Positions 28,508-37,994 of a stretch of 64,000 bases of DNA are shown piece by piece. How positions within the stretch are numbered: position 1 is the first letter of the stretch; each line of letters opens with the position of its first letter. The notes below the pieces were generated by a model. It was not told the DNA's origin and searched no databases. It was given only the letters and a program-made list of their open reading frames with translations. Origin of the DNA: a virus (Duplodnaviria > Caudoviricetes). A program made the position numbers and the translations under genes. The stretch lies in the IMG/VR virus record IMGVR_UViG_3300014204_000122, positions 1-64,000 of that record, one strand, 5' to 3'.

Positions 28508-28939
28508 TTATTTTTTTAATTTTTCTAACAATACAAAAATATATTCAAATACAATACTAAATATAGTAAAGTAAACAAAAGTATCTACAGCTCTTGCTAA
28601 AATGTCATTATTTATAATAAGTAAAGAAAACGGGATATAGTTTGAATAAAAAGTTAAAATAGCTATTGAAAAATTTGTTTTAAGTAAGTCAAATAAATGC
28701 CACCCATCTCCAATAAAAGCAAACCACCTTGATGAACCCAAAAATTTCTCGCCTAAAGGTTTATAATTTTCCTTATACATATTCATCCAAGCTATATCAG
28801 GGTTTAACCAATTATATAATTTAGATTTATTACTAAGTTTATTAAACACTGATGAATACCAGTGAAACTTAATAGTATCAGCAATAGCTTTCATTAATCC
28901 AGCTAAACAAAGAAATATTATAGATATAAGGTAACTCAT
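28508..28939 (-). CDS. membrane protein
   Basis: Hydrophobic helices; DGWHLF motif. Confidence 0.7.
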   Translation of the reverse strand: MSYLISIIFLCLAGLMKAIADTIKFHWYSSVFNKLSNKSKLYNWLNPDIAWMNMYKENYKPLGEKFLGSSRWFAFIGDGWHLFDLLKTNFSIAILTFYSNYIPFSLLIINNDILARAVDTFVYFTIFSIVFEYIFVLLEKLKK

Positions 28940-29166
28940 TGTTTTTTATTCATTTCTTTGTTCAACTTAAAATAATTATATATACCTAAGATGAATAAAC
29001 CAAACGTATATATACCTGTTATAATAAATAATACTATAGTAATGTCATATATAACGTCACTATCTTGACTAAAAGTTCCTCCTAAAAACAACAATGTTGC
29101 AAGGGTAAATAAAATTTTTACAGGTTTTTTAAAAAAATCCTTAAACCAATTTTTTATAATTTTCAT
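28936..29166 (-). CDS. small two-TM membrane protein
   Basis: Two hydrophobic segments with basic ends. Confidence 0.65.
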   Translation of the reverse strand: MKIIKNWFKDFFKKPVKILFTLATLLFLGGTFSQDSDVIYDITIVLFIITGIYTFGLFILGIYNYFKLNKEMNKKQ

Positions 29167-29170
29167 TATT

Positions 29171-29380
29171 TTATTTTAAATATGCTTTATAATTTATTAT
29201 ATCTACATCTTGATTAATTTGTAGTGTCGTCACCAAAGGCATTAAAATGGTTTGCGTCTGTACTCCTATTATCCTTTGGGTCTTAGGGCTATTAGAGTCT
29301 AATGGAGTAATAGAACTGCTTCCAACTATCTCACTATACCCATTTATTAAATTATCTATGTGTGGTTTCTGTATTTTCAT
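29171..29380 (-). CDS. hypothetical protein
   Basis: 69 aa ORF in operon. Confidence 0.55.
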   Translation of the reverse strand: MKIQKPHIDNLINGYSEIVGSSSITPLDSNSPKTQRIIGVQTQTILMPLVTTLQINQDVDIINYKAYLK

Positions 29381-29385
29381 TTTAT

Positions 29386-30252
29386 TTAATGATTAAATGA
29401 TGCTAACATATTTCCCAATATTGGTGCTACTGCATCTTGTATGGCTGCTTTAGTTAAAATTGCTTCCCCCACTGTATCATCAACGGGAACTCCTTTAAGT
29501 ACCGATTCTTTTGGCGGAACGCCTAGAGTTCCAGTAAGTTCACTCGCTGTTCCATACACAACTCCACTTCTAACATTTGCAACTATAGGATAACCTATAC
29601 CAGATATTGCTGTTGAGAATTGCCTTTCTGAGTTATTAACAGACTGTGTAACCATTGTTTGAATCGCTATATTGTCTATCTCAAAATTTGTTCCGAAAAA
29701 TGGGAACTTCTTATTCGCACAAACTATATTTCCTCTAAGTCTATTCACACTTGTTGCCCCTATTGAGTAAACAGCCATTGAGCCATTCGCAACAATATTT
29801 CCAGAAACGTCAATCGTACCGTTTGTTGTAGAATAAATACCAGCTACTGCATTTCCCCCAGAACCTCCTGTTATTGCTCCGGTTACATTAACTGTTGCTG
29901 TCGCAGAATTTCTTATTCCATAACAGTTAATCCCTCCAACACTGCCAACTACATTTCCTATAAATTGCGGATTTGCAGGGGCTACTGCTGTCACATTTAT
30001 ACATTGTGTGTTTAACACTGTCCCTGAATAAATCACCGCCGTTATAGTGTAGGTGCTTCCAACAGTAAACCCTCCACCATTTGTTCCACCACTTCTTAAG
30101 GTATTCCGCAATGATAACACAATAACATTTTGGTCTATTGTTACTATTTTACCATCCGCATATACGTCGTCTGCTGCTTGTGGCAGTGTTCCACCATCCC
30201 ATGTTGATGTCTCTGACCAAAATCCGGTTTGTACTGCGTATCTTGTTGCCAT
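29386..30252 (-). CDS. beta-helix-like virion/tail-associated protein
   Basis: WS..STWDGG.LP...DDV start; Gly/Thr/Val-rich repeats; VRSGVVYG motif. Confidence 0.6.
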   Translation of the reverse strand: MATRYAVQTGFWSETSTWDGGTLPQAADDVYADGKIVTIDQNVIVLSLRNTLRSGGTNGGGFTVGSTYTITAVIYSGTVLNTQCINVTAVAPANPQFIGNVVGSVGGINCYGIRNSATATVNVTGAITGGSGGNAVAGIYSTTNGTIDVSGNIVANGSMAVYSIGATSVNRLRGNIVCANKKFPFFGTNFEIDNIAIQTMVTQSVNNSERQFSTAISGIGYPIVANVRSGVVYGTASELTGTLGVPPKESVLKGVPVDDTVGEAILTKAAIQDAVAPILGNMLASFNH

Positions 30253-30255
30253 AAC

Positions 30256-30552
30256 TTATATATTTTTAGCTAAAACGTACTCTTCTAGTGCCGCATTTAT
30301 CTTACCTATGCAAGTAAGAACGTCAGTGTCTGTACTGTTAAAAACATCACTCATTAATGCTACTGTGTTATCCAACTCCACAGGAATCTTATTCCCGTCA
30401 ATTACTGCAAATGGTTGCAGCTTTAGATTGGCGTTTACTAAGATTCTACCCTCTTTAGTTATCGCTGAACTAACTGCCATAGATGCTGCGTAATTTTCTA
30501 CTGTATATTCAACCTTGTTGATTACGACTGTTCGTTTATTATTTGTTTTCAT
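30256..30552 (-). CDS. hypothetical protein
   Basis: 98 aa ORF in operon. Confidence 0.65.
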   Translation of the reverse strand: MKTNNKRTVVINKVEYTVENYAASMAVSSAITKEGRILVNANLKLQPFAVIDGNKIPVELDNTVALMSDVFNSTDTDVLTCIGKINAALEEYVLAKNI

Positions 30553-30564
30553 ATCTGATTCTTT

Positions 30565-31494
30565 TTATGTGTAAATTGTTGTTAATCTGTCATCCCATGC
30601 TACATCATAAGCATGTGTTACCGTATTTGTTCCATTAGTGTTTATTTGTATTCGAGATATTGTCCAAACCTCATTTTCTTCTAGACTACCTGTAGTAGCA
30701 ATACCGCAATAATTATAAGGAACAACATAGTCATATCTGTTTATTATATTATTTTCTACAATTAAAGAGTCTCCTGCAATATATAAAATTGTTCCAGTTT
30801 CAGAAGAATCAAAAGTTACTGTAAAAACATTTTTTGAATTATGTTTAACAATGAAAGGTATAAATTGTTCTCCTAAATTATCTAATACTTGAATGATAGG
30901 AAACATACCTTTATTATGAGTTACAACAACAGAGATTGCTTCAATAAAAGGAACTTCATAAACAATACCTTTTAAACTTTGTAACCATTCTTGTTTAATA
31001 CCAACAAATCCTTCTTCTATTGCAATCTCATAAGCACTTAACCCTTGATCTCCTTGAATACCTTTTTCACCTTTATCTCCCTTAAGTCCTTGGGAACCAG
31101 TTAAGCCTTGTATTCCCTGGTCTCCTTTGAGTCCCTGAATACCTTGATCACCTTTAAGCCCTTGAGGGCCTGTAATTTCTAATATAGAGATTAAATTTAT
31201 CCAATCTATATCTTCTATATATTTCCATTGTATAAAATCATTGGTTATTCTTAGTTCAATAGGCTCTCCTGGATCTCCTTGGGGACCAATTAAAGAATTT
31301 AACCATTCATCAAGAGTACCTTCAAATCCTTCTTGTACAGCTAATTGGTAATTGCTAAACCCTCTAGGGCCTATTCCTATACCATTTTGCACAGCACCTA
31401 AGACAATAGGTTTTTCTACTTCTATTTGTAAACTAATAGGTTTTTCTACTTCTGTTTGTAAACTAATAGGGGTTTGTATATCTAGATTTGACAC
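30565..31494 (-). CDS. collagen-repeat tail fibre-associated protein
   Basis: Gly-X-Y run (GPQGLKGDQGIQ...); SAYEIA..GF.G...EWL.SL motifs; GTG start. Confidence 0.8.
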   Translation of the reverse strand: MSNLDIQTPISLQTEVEKPISLQIEVEKPIVLGAVQNGIGIGPRGFSNYQLAVQEGFEGTLDEWLNSLIGPQGDPGEPIELRITNDFIQWKYIEDIDWINLISILEITGPQGLKGDQGIQGLKGDQGIQGLTGSQGLKGDKGEKGIQGDQGLSAYEIAIEEGFVGIKQEWLQSLKGIVYEVPFIEAISVVVTHNKGMFPIIQVLDNLGEQFIPFIVKHNSKNVFTVTFDSSETGTILYIAGDSLIVENNIINRYDYVVPYNYCGIATTGSLEENEVWTISRIQINTNGTNTVTHAYDVAWDDRLTTIYT

Positions 31495-31505
31495 TATATT
31501 AAATT

Positions 31506-31904
31506 TTAAGTTATTATTTCCCCTATGATTTCAAAACTTCCTCTTCCTGTTGTAACTATGCCATAACTTCCTACTGTATTATCTGTAAGTTGTAACTCCC
31601 ATTTTCCAATACACCCTTTATGCCCCTTAGTATCAGTAGGTAATAAATATACAGTTATTTGTTGTTTGATAATTATTTCTTCATCTCCTTCATCATTAAT
31701 TATAGTTTCTTCTGGATAAGAAATAACCATACTTCCATCAGCAGTTGTTTTAGATATAATAGTTTGATTGAATCTGTCTCTAACTTGAAAAATTGCAGAC
31801 GCAAACAGTAAAGATAAAGTATCTGGAATTATAAATACTATATCTCCATTATCTCCTTCTTGTCTAGTAATTTTTATTTCTTTACTAATTAAATATGAAG
31901 CCAT
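31506..31904 (-). CDS. BppU-like Ig-fold virion protein
   Basis: QGD..., ITVYLLPTDT, WELQL and G.F.I...IT pattern. Confidence 0.55.
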   Translation of the reverse strand: MASYLISKEIKITRQEGDNGDIVFIIPDTLSLLFASAIFQVRDRFNQTIISKTTADGSMVISYPEETIINDEGDEEIIIKQQITVYLLPTDTKGHKGCIGKWELQLTDNTVGSYGIVTTGRGSFEIIGEIIT

Positions 31905-32995
31905 TAATTTTTAATTTTAAAAAATAAGTTAAAGTTAACTGTTGTCATTTTATAAAAAATAGTTTGTCCAACTACATTAACAAAATCTTCTACATAGTTT
32001 TTCATATAAGCTACTGATTTATTCATATGAAAATCTGTACCATATAATATTTTATGACAAAGTGTATCGTGTTTAAAGAGGGCTTTAATTAATAATTGAA
32101 ACTCTTCTGTATAACATGAAAAAGATGTATCTGTAAATAAGTTTGGTAAAGTAATACAAGCTTTTAATATTTGATAAGTCCATGAATATTCACTAATAGG
32201 CTTGGTTTCTAAAATTGGATTAAATAAAATATTAATTTCGTTATCGTCAATAAATTTTTTAATTTCATCAACACCTCCCATATGAGCTATGTCAAAATTA
32301 ACATTCGGGTTTTTTCTCGCAACTTCTATTAGTCCAAGAGGATTATTAAAATTAGAAGATTTATCCCTTTTATTATTTTTAGTTTTAAATAAAGAATAAT
32401 GAGAAGCTCTTAGTCTTTTATCAATATCTTTACCTCTATAAAAATTTATATTTCCTCTACTACAGTGAAAAATAATAGGTTTATTTTTTTTAGCAGCATA
32501 ATGATACATAGGTTCATAATTTATATCATAAGGAAATGTCCCCATATAATTATAAACTTTAAATCCTGAAATTTTATTACCATATCTATTTATCAAATCT
32601 ATATATTGGGGTCTTCTGCAATCAATATGTAAAAACATTTTGATTTTTTCATCATATTTAATTAAATTAACAACTTCTTGTATTTGATCCTCAAAAGGAG
32701 TAATAAGTTCTCCTGCTCCCATATAGGTTTGATCAATCGTTAAAATATTAAACTCAGTACCTATAGGATAATAAGATTTTAATTCTTTAAAATTTTCTTC
32801 TTGCGTTTTTCCTAAGTTTATTATAAAGTTAGCTATTCTATCAAGATCATCTTTGTGTGTACAAGGATTAAGGGTACGTAATATTTTAATTATAACTTTT
32901 CTTGGCAAGTCTTTTAAAATTATACGAGATAATATAGGTATTACGTTTTTTCCTAAATTTTCAGCTGTTATTATATGTTCATGTCCTACTATCAT
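31904..32995 (-). CDS. amidohydrolase superfamily metal-dependent hydrolase
   Basis: N-terminal HEH, GFKVY, FHC, AHMG and YGTDF motifs. Confidence 0.85.
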   Translation of the reverse strand: MIVGHEHIITAENLGKNVIPILSRIILKDLPRKVIIKILRTLNPCTHKDDLDRIANFIINLGKTQEENFKELKSYYPIGTEFNILTIDQTYMGAGELITPFEDQIQEVVNLIKYDEKIKMFLHIDCRRPQYIDLINRYGNKISGFKVYNYMGTFPYDINYEPMYHYAAKKNKPIIFHCSRGNINFYRGKDIDKRLRASHYSLFKTKNNKRDKSSNFNNPLGLIEVARKNPNVNFDIAHMGGVDEIKKFIDDNEINILFNPILETKPISEYSWTYQILKACITLPNLFTDTSFSCYTEEFQLLIKALFKHDTLCHKILYGTDFHMNKSVAYMKNYVEDFVNVVGQTIFYKMTTVNFNLFFKIKN

Positions 32996-32997
32996 AT

Positions 32998-33300
32998 TTA
33001 AATCTTTTCATTTTCTTTTTTACAAAAATCTAAAAATAATTGTAAATTTTTATTTTCTTCTTCTTCTATTTTTTTTACATCTTTTATCATATTATTTATT
33101 TTATAAACATTATGAAGTAAATCAAATTCTACTTTTTCAATTTTATTATTTTTATAAAAATCAAAAAATGTATATTCTTCTATAAAATTTGAAAAATATA
33201 TTATAAAAGAGTCTTGATTGAGTCTTGTAAAGACCATATGTTCTTTTTTTAAATTACATATTATCGATTTTAACACTTCTTCATTTGATATATTTTTCAT
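32998..33300 (-). CDS. hypothetical protein
   Basis: 100 aa ORF. Confidence 0.6.
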   Translation of the reverse strand: MKNISNEEVLKSIICNLKKEHMVFTRLNQDSFIIYFSNFIEEYTFFDFYKNNKIEKVEFDLLHNVYKINNMIKDVKKIEEEENKNLQLFLDFCKKENEKI

Positions 33301-33613
33301 TTTTATTTTTTATAGTTTTTATTATTTGTGATATTATTTTAATTTCTTGCAAAACGAATTTTCCGTCTTCACTTTGCCCTAGTTTTCTCACTAACTGTCC
33401 TAACCCTGCCGAAATAGCGCCTATTAAAGCTAATTTATAGTCTAATTCAAAAGATCCTGTTGTTTCTATCATATTATATAAAGAAACTGTCAAATCTGTT
33501 AATGAGCCTACAAAGCCTCCTAAAAATGCCATTAAAAGAGCTTGTAACCAATCTCTAGATAACAAAGTACCTCTCTTAGAGGTAATTTTTTTTACTTTTT
33601 TTTTCGCTTTCAT
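33281..33613 (-). CDS. putative holin
   Basis: Two TM helices with basic N- and C-termini, near the spanin-like gene. Confidence 0.5.
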   Translation of the reverse strand: MKAKKKVKKITSKRGTLLSRDWLQALLMAFLGGFVGSLTDLTVSLYNMIETTGSFELDYKLALIGAISAGLGQLVRKLGQSEDGKFVLQEIKIISQIIKTIKNKNEKYIK

Positions 33614-33687
33614 TATATTAACTGTTTAGTTTATTTTAAATATTAAAAATATATGCAAATTTTAGATTATTTGTTTAAATTTTAAAA

Positions 33688-33730
33688 ATAAAAACCCTTG
33701 AAATAATTTTTATATTTCAAGGGTTTTTAT
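33688..33730 (-). terminator. intrinsic terminator
   Basis: 18 bp perfect stem ataaaaacccttgaaata/tatttcaagggtttttat with 7 nt loop. Confidence 0.8.
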
Positions 33731-33763
33731 CTATCTTATTAAATATTATTTCATCATTGTTAT

Positions 33764-35749
33764 TTAGAATGTTGTACCAACGCACTTAATCCAAGTTGCT
33801 GCACCGTCGGACCCTCCTACTAAGCAAATATAGATACCAGTAGCTGTAAATCTCACTTCACCAGTAATACCTTCTGAAGTAGCTGATATTGGAGCTATAT
33901 TATTATCAGGAACTATCACTCGTTTACCTAATAGAGTCACTCCAGTGTAGTTATCATAGGTCTTATCGGATATATTGATAAATGCACTATTCAGGCTACT
34001 CGTTAGTCTGTTATTATATCCTAATAAGAAAGAAGAATTAGATCCACTTAGATCATTATCATTTCCAAAAACTATGGCTCCGGAACTAGTGATTATAGTA
34101 TCATTATAACCTTGACAAAATGACCCATTAGAAGCATCGATAAGATTAGTATGTCCTATAGAATACGTATAATCTGATTGACTTATCTTTGAGTTATCAC
34201 CTAAGGCTATAGAATATTGTGAACCGTAATCTAAGGTACTTGCTACTGATATACCATTTGATGAATTTTTTATTGAACCTCCATTAAATATAATCCCATC
34301 TGAACCACTAAGGATTGAACCTCCATTAAAGGCTATACCTTTAGAGCTACCTCGAATAATTCCACCTACAAAGCCATAACCAGTCGATGCATTGGTTATT
34401 TGACTAGATTGGACTGCAATCCCGAATGAAGTTGTATCTATTGTTGACCCATATAATGATACTCCATAACTATTACCTTTTAAACTTGCATTACCTATAG
34501 CTATACCATTACTACCATTTGAGAGCTCACCAGAACTACCCACTAACCCAAAAGAGCTCACGGAAATTATACTACCTGCATCAGCCACTAAACCTTTTGA
34601 GCCACCTGATAAAACTCCACCAGATACTAATCCGAAAGATCCACCGATTAATTGACCTCCATTAGTAGCATATCCATTAGAGTTATTTATCAAACCAACT
34701 TGAGTAGCCATACCAAAACTATTATTTTTAATAGTACTACCTCCAAAAGCTATACCAGTAGAGGAACTATCTATCAAACCACCTTGAGTAGCCATACCAA
34801 AACTATTATTCTTAATATTACCTCCAGCTCTTGCTAATCCCATTGAACCATCAATTATACTTCCTTCAGTAGCAAAACCATATCCACTTGTAATAGTTGA
34901 TCCATTATAAGCAAACCCATGAGAGACATTAGTTAATGTAGCTCCTCCACCAGAGGCAATACCATCGGAAGCACTGGTTATGATACCTCCATCTCGAGCT
35001 ATACCTAATGATCCGTTGTTAATTAAAGAATTATTACCTCTAGCTATACCTACACCACCTGTAGTACCGTCAACTACACCTCCTTCTAAATAAATCATAC
35101 CTTTGTTAATATAACCTTTATCCACTAAGCTTCTATCCGTATAATTCATAGAGTAATCTCCACCATACTCGATGCCACCAAATGTAGGTATATCATAAGA
35201 ATATACCGATACCTTAGTTGTATCGATATTTAAAGTAACGGATTTATCGCTCCCGCTCAATGCAGTCCAACTTTGTAACTCTACATAATTTATGTTACTA
35301 ACTATATGAGTCCCTAAAGTAGATTCATAATTACTGGTATTAGAATTAAATTCGTAGTTATTAATATCTAATTCAGAATAAGCAGAATCCGTAGGGTTAA
35401 TAGATCTAGCCATAAAAGTTAATAAAGTATCAAATATTACTCCCTTAGTAGATTTATCTCCTAATAAATAAATTGATTCTAATAAATTTCCTGAATAAGG
35501 TATATTTAACCCTCCATTAGATATAGTATTAGGATTAACTTTAGTAACTTGACTTAAAGATTGATTAGCATTTGCTTTTTGTGTTAAAACCCATAAGTTT
35601 TTAGTTTGTTGATCTAATATTATTTGTTTGTGTGCTGGTACAGTAATTCCAAAAGGAGTTAAACTATCTATAACCGGTAAAATTGGAGTTTGTCCAAATA
35701 GTAATATACTACTTAATATTAAACTTAATGTAATTATTATTTTTTTCAT
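33764..35749 (-). CDS. signal-peptide protein with 14-aa Gly-rich beta-solenoid repeats and tail-fibre-like motifs
   Basis: MKKIIITLSLILSSILLFG followed by Q; GIAxxGGxIxxxSx repeats; C-terminal GEVRF...IYIC...TW. Confidence 0.7.
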   Translation of the reverse strand: MKKIIITLSLILSSILLFGQTPILPVIDSLTPFGITVPAHKQIILDQQTKNLWVLTQKANANQSLSQVTKVNPNTISNGGLNIPYSGNLLESIYLLGDKSTKGVIFDTLLTFMARSINPTDSAYSELDINNYEFNSNTSNYESTLGTHIVSNINYVELQSWTALSGSDKSVTLNIDTTKVSVYSYDIPTFGGIEYGGDYSMNYTDRSLVDKGYINKGMIYLEGGVVDGTTGGVGIARGNNSLINNGSLGIARDGGIITSASDGIASGGGATLTNVSHGFAYNGSTITSGYGFATEGSIIDGSMGLARAGGNIKNNSFGMATQGGLIDSSSTGIAFGGSTIKNNSFGMATQVGLINNSNGYATNGGQLIGGSFGLVSGGVLSGGSKGLVADAGSIISVSSFGLVGSSGELSNGSNGIAIGNASLKGNSYGVSLYGSTIDTTSFGIAVQSSQITNASTGYGFVGGIIRGSSKGIAFNGGSILSGSDGIIFNGGSIKNSSNGISVASTLDYGSQYSIALGDNSKISQSDYTYSIGHTNLIDASNGSFCQGYNDTIITSSGAIVFGNDNDLSGSNSSFLLGYNNRLTSSLNSAFINISDKTYDNYTGVTLLGKRVIVPDNNIAPISATSEGITGEVRFTATGIYICLVGGSDGAATWIKCVGTTF

Positions 35750-35775
35750 TATTTTTATTGTTTTTATTATTTATT

Positions 35776-36147
35776 TTAAATTGTTAAATAAGATATTGCT
35801 ATATTTTCTCCTTCTGATAAATTAGAAATAGAGATATATCCCGGATTAGGCGAATTAATTATATATAAAGAAGAATCTATTAAAATTCCATTTCTAGCTA
35901 TTCCAACATTTTTTACACCAGATGTATTTACTATGACATAACCATTATTAACATCAGTTAATGAAATGGATATAAACTTAACTTTAGGATCAACATATGA
36001 TACTACAGTTTCTGCTGTTTCTTCATATGTTAAATATTTTAAATTTCCATTTTCATCATAACTAATAATAGTATTTGGTTGATTAGTTTCTAACCCACCT
36101 ATAATACTAGTTTCTGTTGTTTGTTTTTCTCTTTTTTCTATACCCAT
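35776..36147 (-). CDS. virion-associated hypothetical protein, paralog of 36152..36538
   Basis: Shared PNTI..YDENGNLKY...RNGILID.SLY.IN.P. Confidence 0.75.
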   Translation of the reverse strand: MGIEKREKQTTETSIIGGLETNQPNTIISYDENGNLKYLTYEETAETVVSYVDPKVKFISISLTDVNNGYVIVNTSGVKNVGIARNGILIDSSLYIINSPNPGYISISNLSEGENIAISYLTI

Positions 36148-36151
36148 TATT

Positions 36152-36538
36152 TTAAATAGTTAAATATTTCACAAATATAGACTCACCATCTGACAAATCG
36201 GCAAGTGTTATTTTTCCAATAGTAGGGAAATTAATAGTATATAAAGAAGGATCAATTAAAATTCCATTCCTAGATAGGATAACATTTGTAATGCTATTAG
36301 TATTTACAGTTATATAACCATTATTTTCTTCAATAGAAGTAATAGGTATAGTAATTGTTTTAGGTTCTACATAAGGTTTAATAACAATTGCTACCTCTTC
36401 GTGAGAAAAATATTTTAAGTTTCCATTTTCATCATAACCAGCAATAGTGTTTGGATGAGTTATGGGTAAATTTTCAACAATAAAAGTTTCTATTATTGTT
36501 TCAATTTCGTAAGGTTTTCTTTTTTTTTCTAAGCTCAT
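36152..36538 (-). CDS. virion-associated hypothetical protein, paralog of 35776..36147
   Basis: Tandem paralog of the adjacent gene. Confidence 0.75.
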   Translation of the reverse strand: MSLEKKRKPYEIETIIETFIVENLPITHPNTIAGYDENGNLKYFSHEEVAIVIKPYVEPKTITIPITSIEENNGYITVNTNSITNVILSRNGILIDPSLYTINFPTIGKITLADLSDGESIFVKYLTI

Positions 36539-36577
36539 TAATTTTATTTTATTAAAACTTTTAGAATATATTTAAAT

Positions 36578-37585
36578 TTAAATTCTATGTATATAAACAT
36601 TTGCTGATTCTATTGTTATATTGTGGGCACCATCAAAATTCTTCACAGATAACCATAAATATTGTCCTGCATTTAAAGATACTAATCCACCTGCTCCAAC
36701 ATTTCTGTAAGTTGGAGATGTAGTGAAAATATTTCTTATACCTATGTTATCTAACTCAGTCACATCTTTATTTAATTCAAATCTAAAATTTTCATTATTT
36801 GTAGCACATATTGCAGTTATGTTAAATGAAGCCTGAAATATCCCACTATAAATTGACCTGAGTGTGGCTGGTCTTCTAACCGAACCTGTAGCATCATTTG
36901 TAACGTATGCCTTGGTTATATAGAAATTAGTAGCATCTATTACTTTTACCAAATATTTTCCATTATAGTTAGTTGTAGCTGTAATCGTTATAGGTTGACC
37001 TGTCGATAAATCATGAATTGCCGATGTTGTCACTTTTGTAGTCCCTGCAACTGTTCCTGAATAATCTGCAAACGCTGTTATTGTTCTTCCTAAGCCACCA
37101 AAATAGACAAATGAAGAATCAGTATTTGGTGCTAGAACTCCATCGTTATTTCCGAATGTATTATACACTGCATGATATATATTAGCTGTATCAATTACAC
37201 AAACAACAGCATTATTATACATGTACATTTCCCCATAATGTCTATCCCTGAACTTCACTATACTCCAACTTGATACACCTGTTCCTGTAAGAGCAACACA
37301 CTTGAATAAAACTCTCGTGGCTGGATAAACTACACTCACTGTATTCAAACCGTTTGATTTAACTGTAATAATTCCTAGAGAATCATTTATAATCTCAAAA
37401 TCTAAACCTAACACCAATGTAGCTACATCAGGAAGAACCACATCATTGTTTAATGTACCAATGAATCGTTGAGTGTGTTCACTACCTACTGTTAATGTAG
37501 TGGTTCCAGTTGATGTTACTTGACCATAATATCCCGATATAAAATTAGGAGACTTCAGTATATTATTTTCTGTTATATTAGTCAT
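36578..37585 (-). CDS. tail fibre-associated protein
   Basis: Thr/Gly-rich; HDLSTGQPITI...YNG motif; C1q-like C-terminus. Confidence 0.6.
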   Translation of the reverse strand: MTNITENNILKSPNFISGYYGQVTSTGTTTLTVGSEHTQRFIGTLNNDVVLPDVATLVLGLDFEIINDSLGIITVKSNGLNTVSVVYPATRVLFKCVALTGTGVSSWSIVKFRDRHYGEMYMYNNAVVCVIDTANIYHAVYNTFGNNDGVLAPNTDSSFVYFGGLGRTITAFADYSGTVAGTTKVTTSAIHDLSTGQPITITATTNYNGKYLVKVIDATNFYITKAYVTNDATGSVRRPATLRSIYSGIFQASFNITAICATNNENFRFELNKDVTELDNIGIRNIFTTSPTYRNVGAGGLVSLNAGQYLWLSVKNFDGAHNITIESANVYIHRI

Positions 37586-37590
37586 TACTT

Positions 37591-37992
37591 CTAATTTATA
37601 GTTGTATTAATATAGATTGTACATATAGTTGCAAATTCATCTATTGTTTGTTTTTCAGCAACATGAGTTTCGCCCCATATTAATAAATCTCCTGTATTGA
37701 CAGATTCTTTTGAATTATTTTGAACTGTAATAGTATTCTTATCATTGCCGAATTCTTCACTCCTATCTTTATAAAACGAATAAAGAATACTTGTATCTTC
37801 TTTCCCTGCATTTGCAAGAATTTGTGAATATATTATTCTTACTTGCTCTGCTTTATCTTGTACTGACTGAGGTTGTTCTGCAAGTTGCATTAAAACTCCT
37901 TGAAGTTCATTTCCTTGTTCATCTTTTGGTACAATAACTACTGTATCTAATTCTTCGTTATTTGTATATGCTAATAGTTTTATTGTTTTCAT
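37591..37992 (-). CDS. hypothetical protein (possible fibre accessory)
   Basis: 133 aa, directly downstream of the long fibre gene. Confidence 0.6.
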   Translation of the reverse strand: MKTIKLLAYTNNEELDTVVIVPKDEQGNELQGVLMQLAEQPQSVQDKAEQVRIIYSQILANAGKEDTSILYSFYKDRSEEFGNDKNTITVQNNSKESVNTGDLLIWGETHVAEKQTIDEFATICTIYINTTIN

Positions 37993-37994
37993 AA

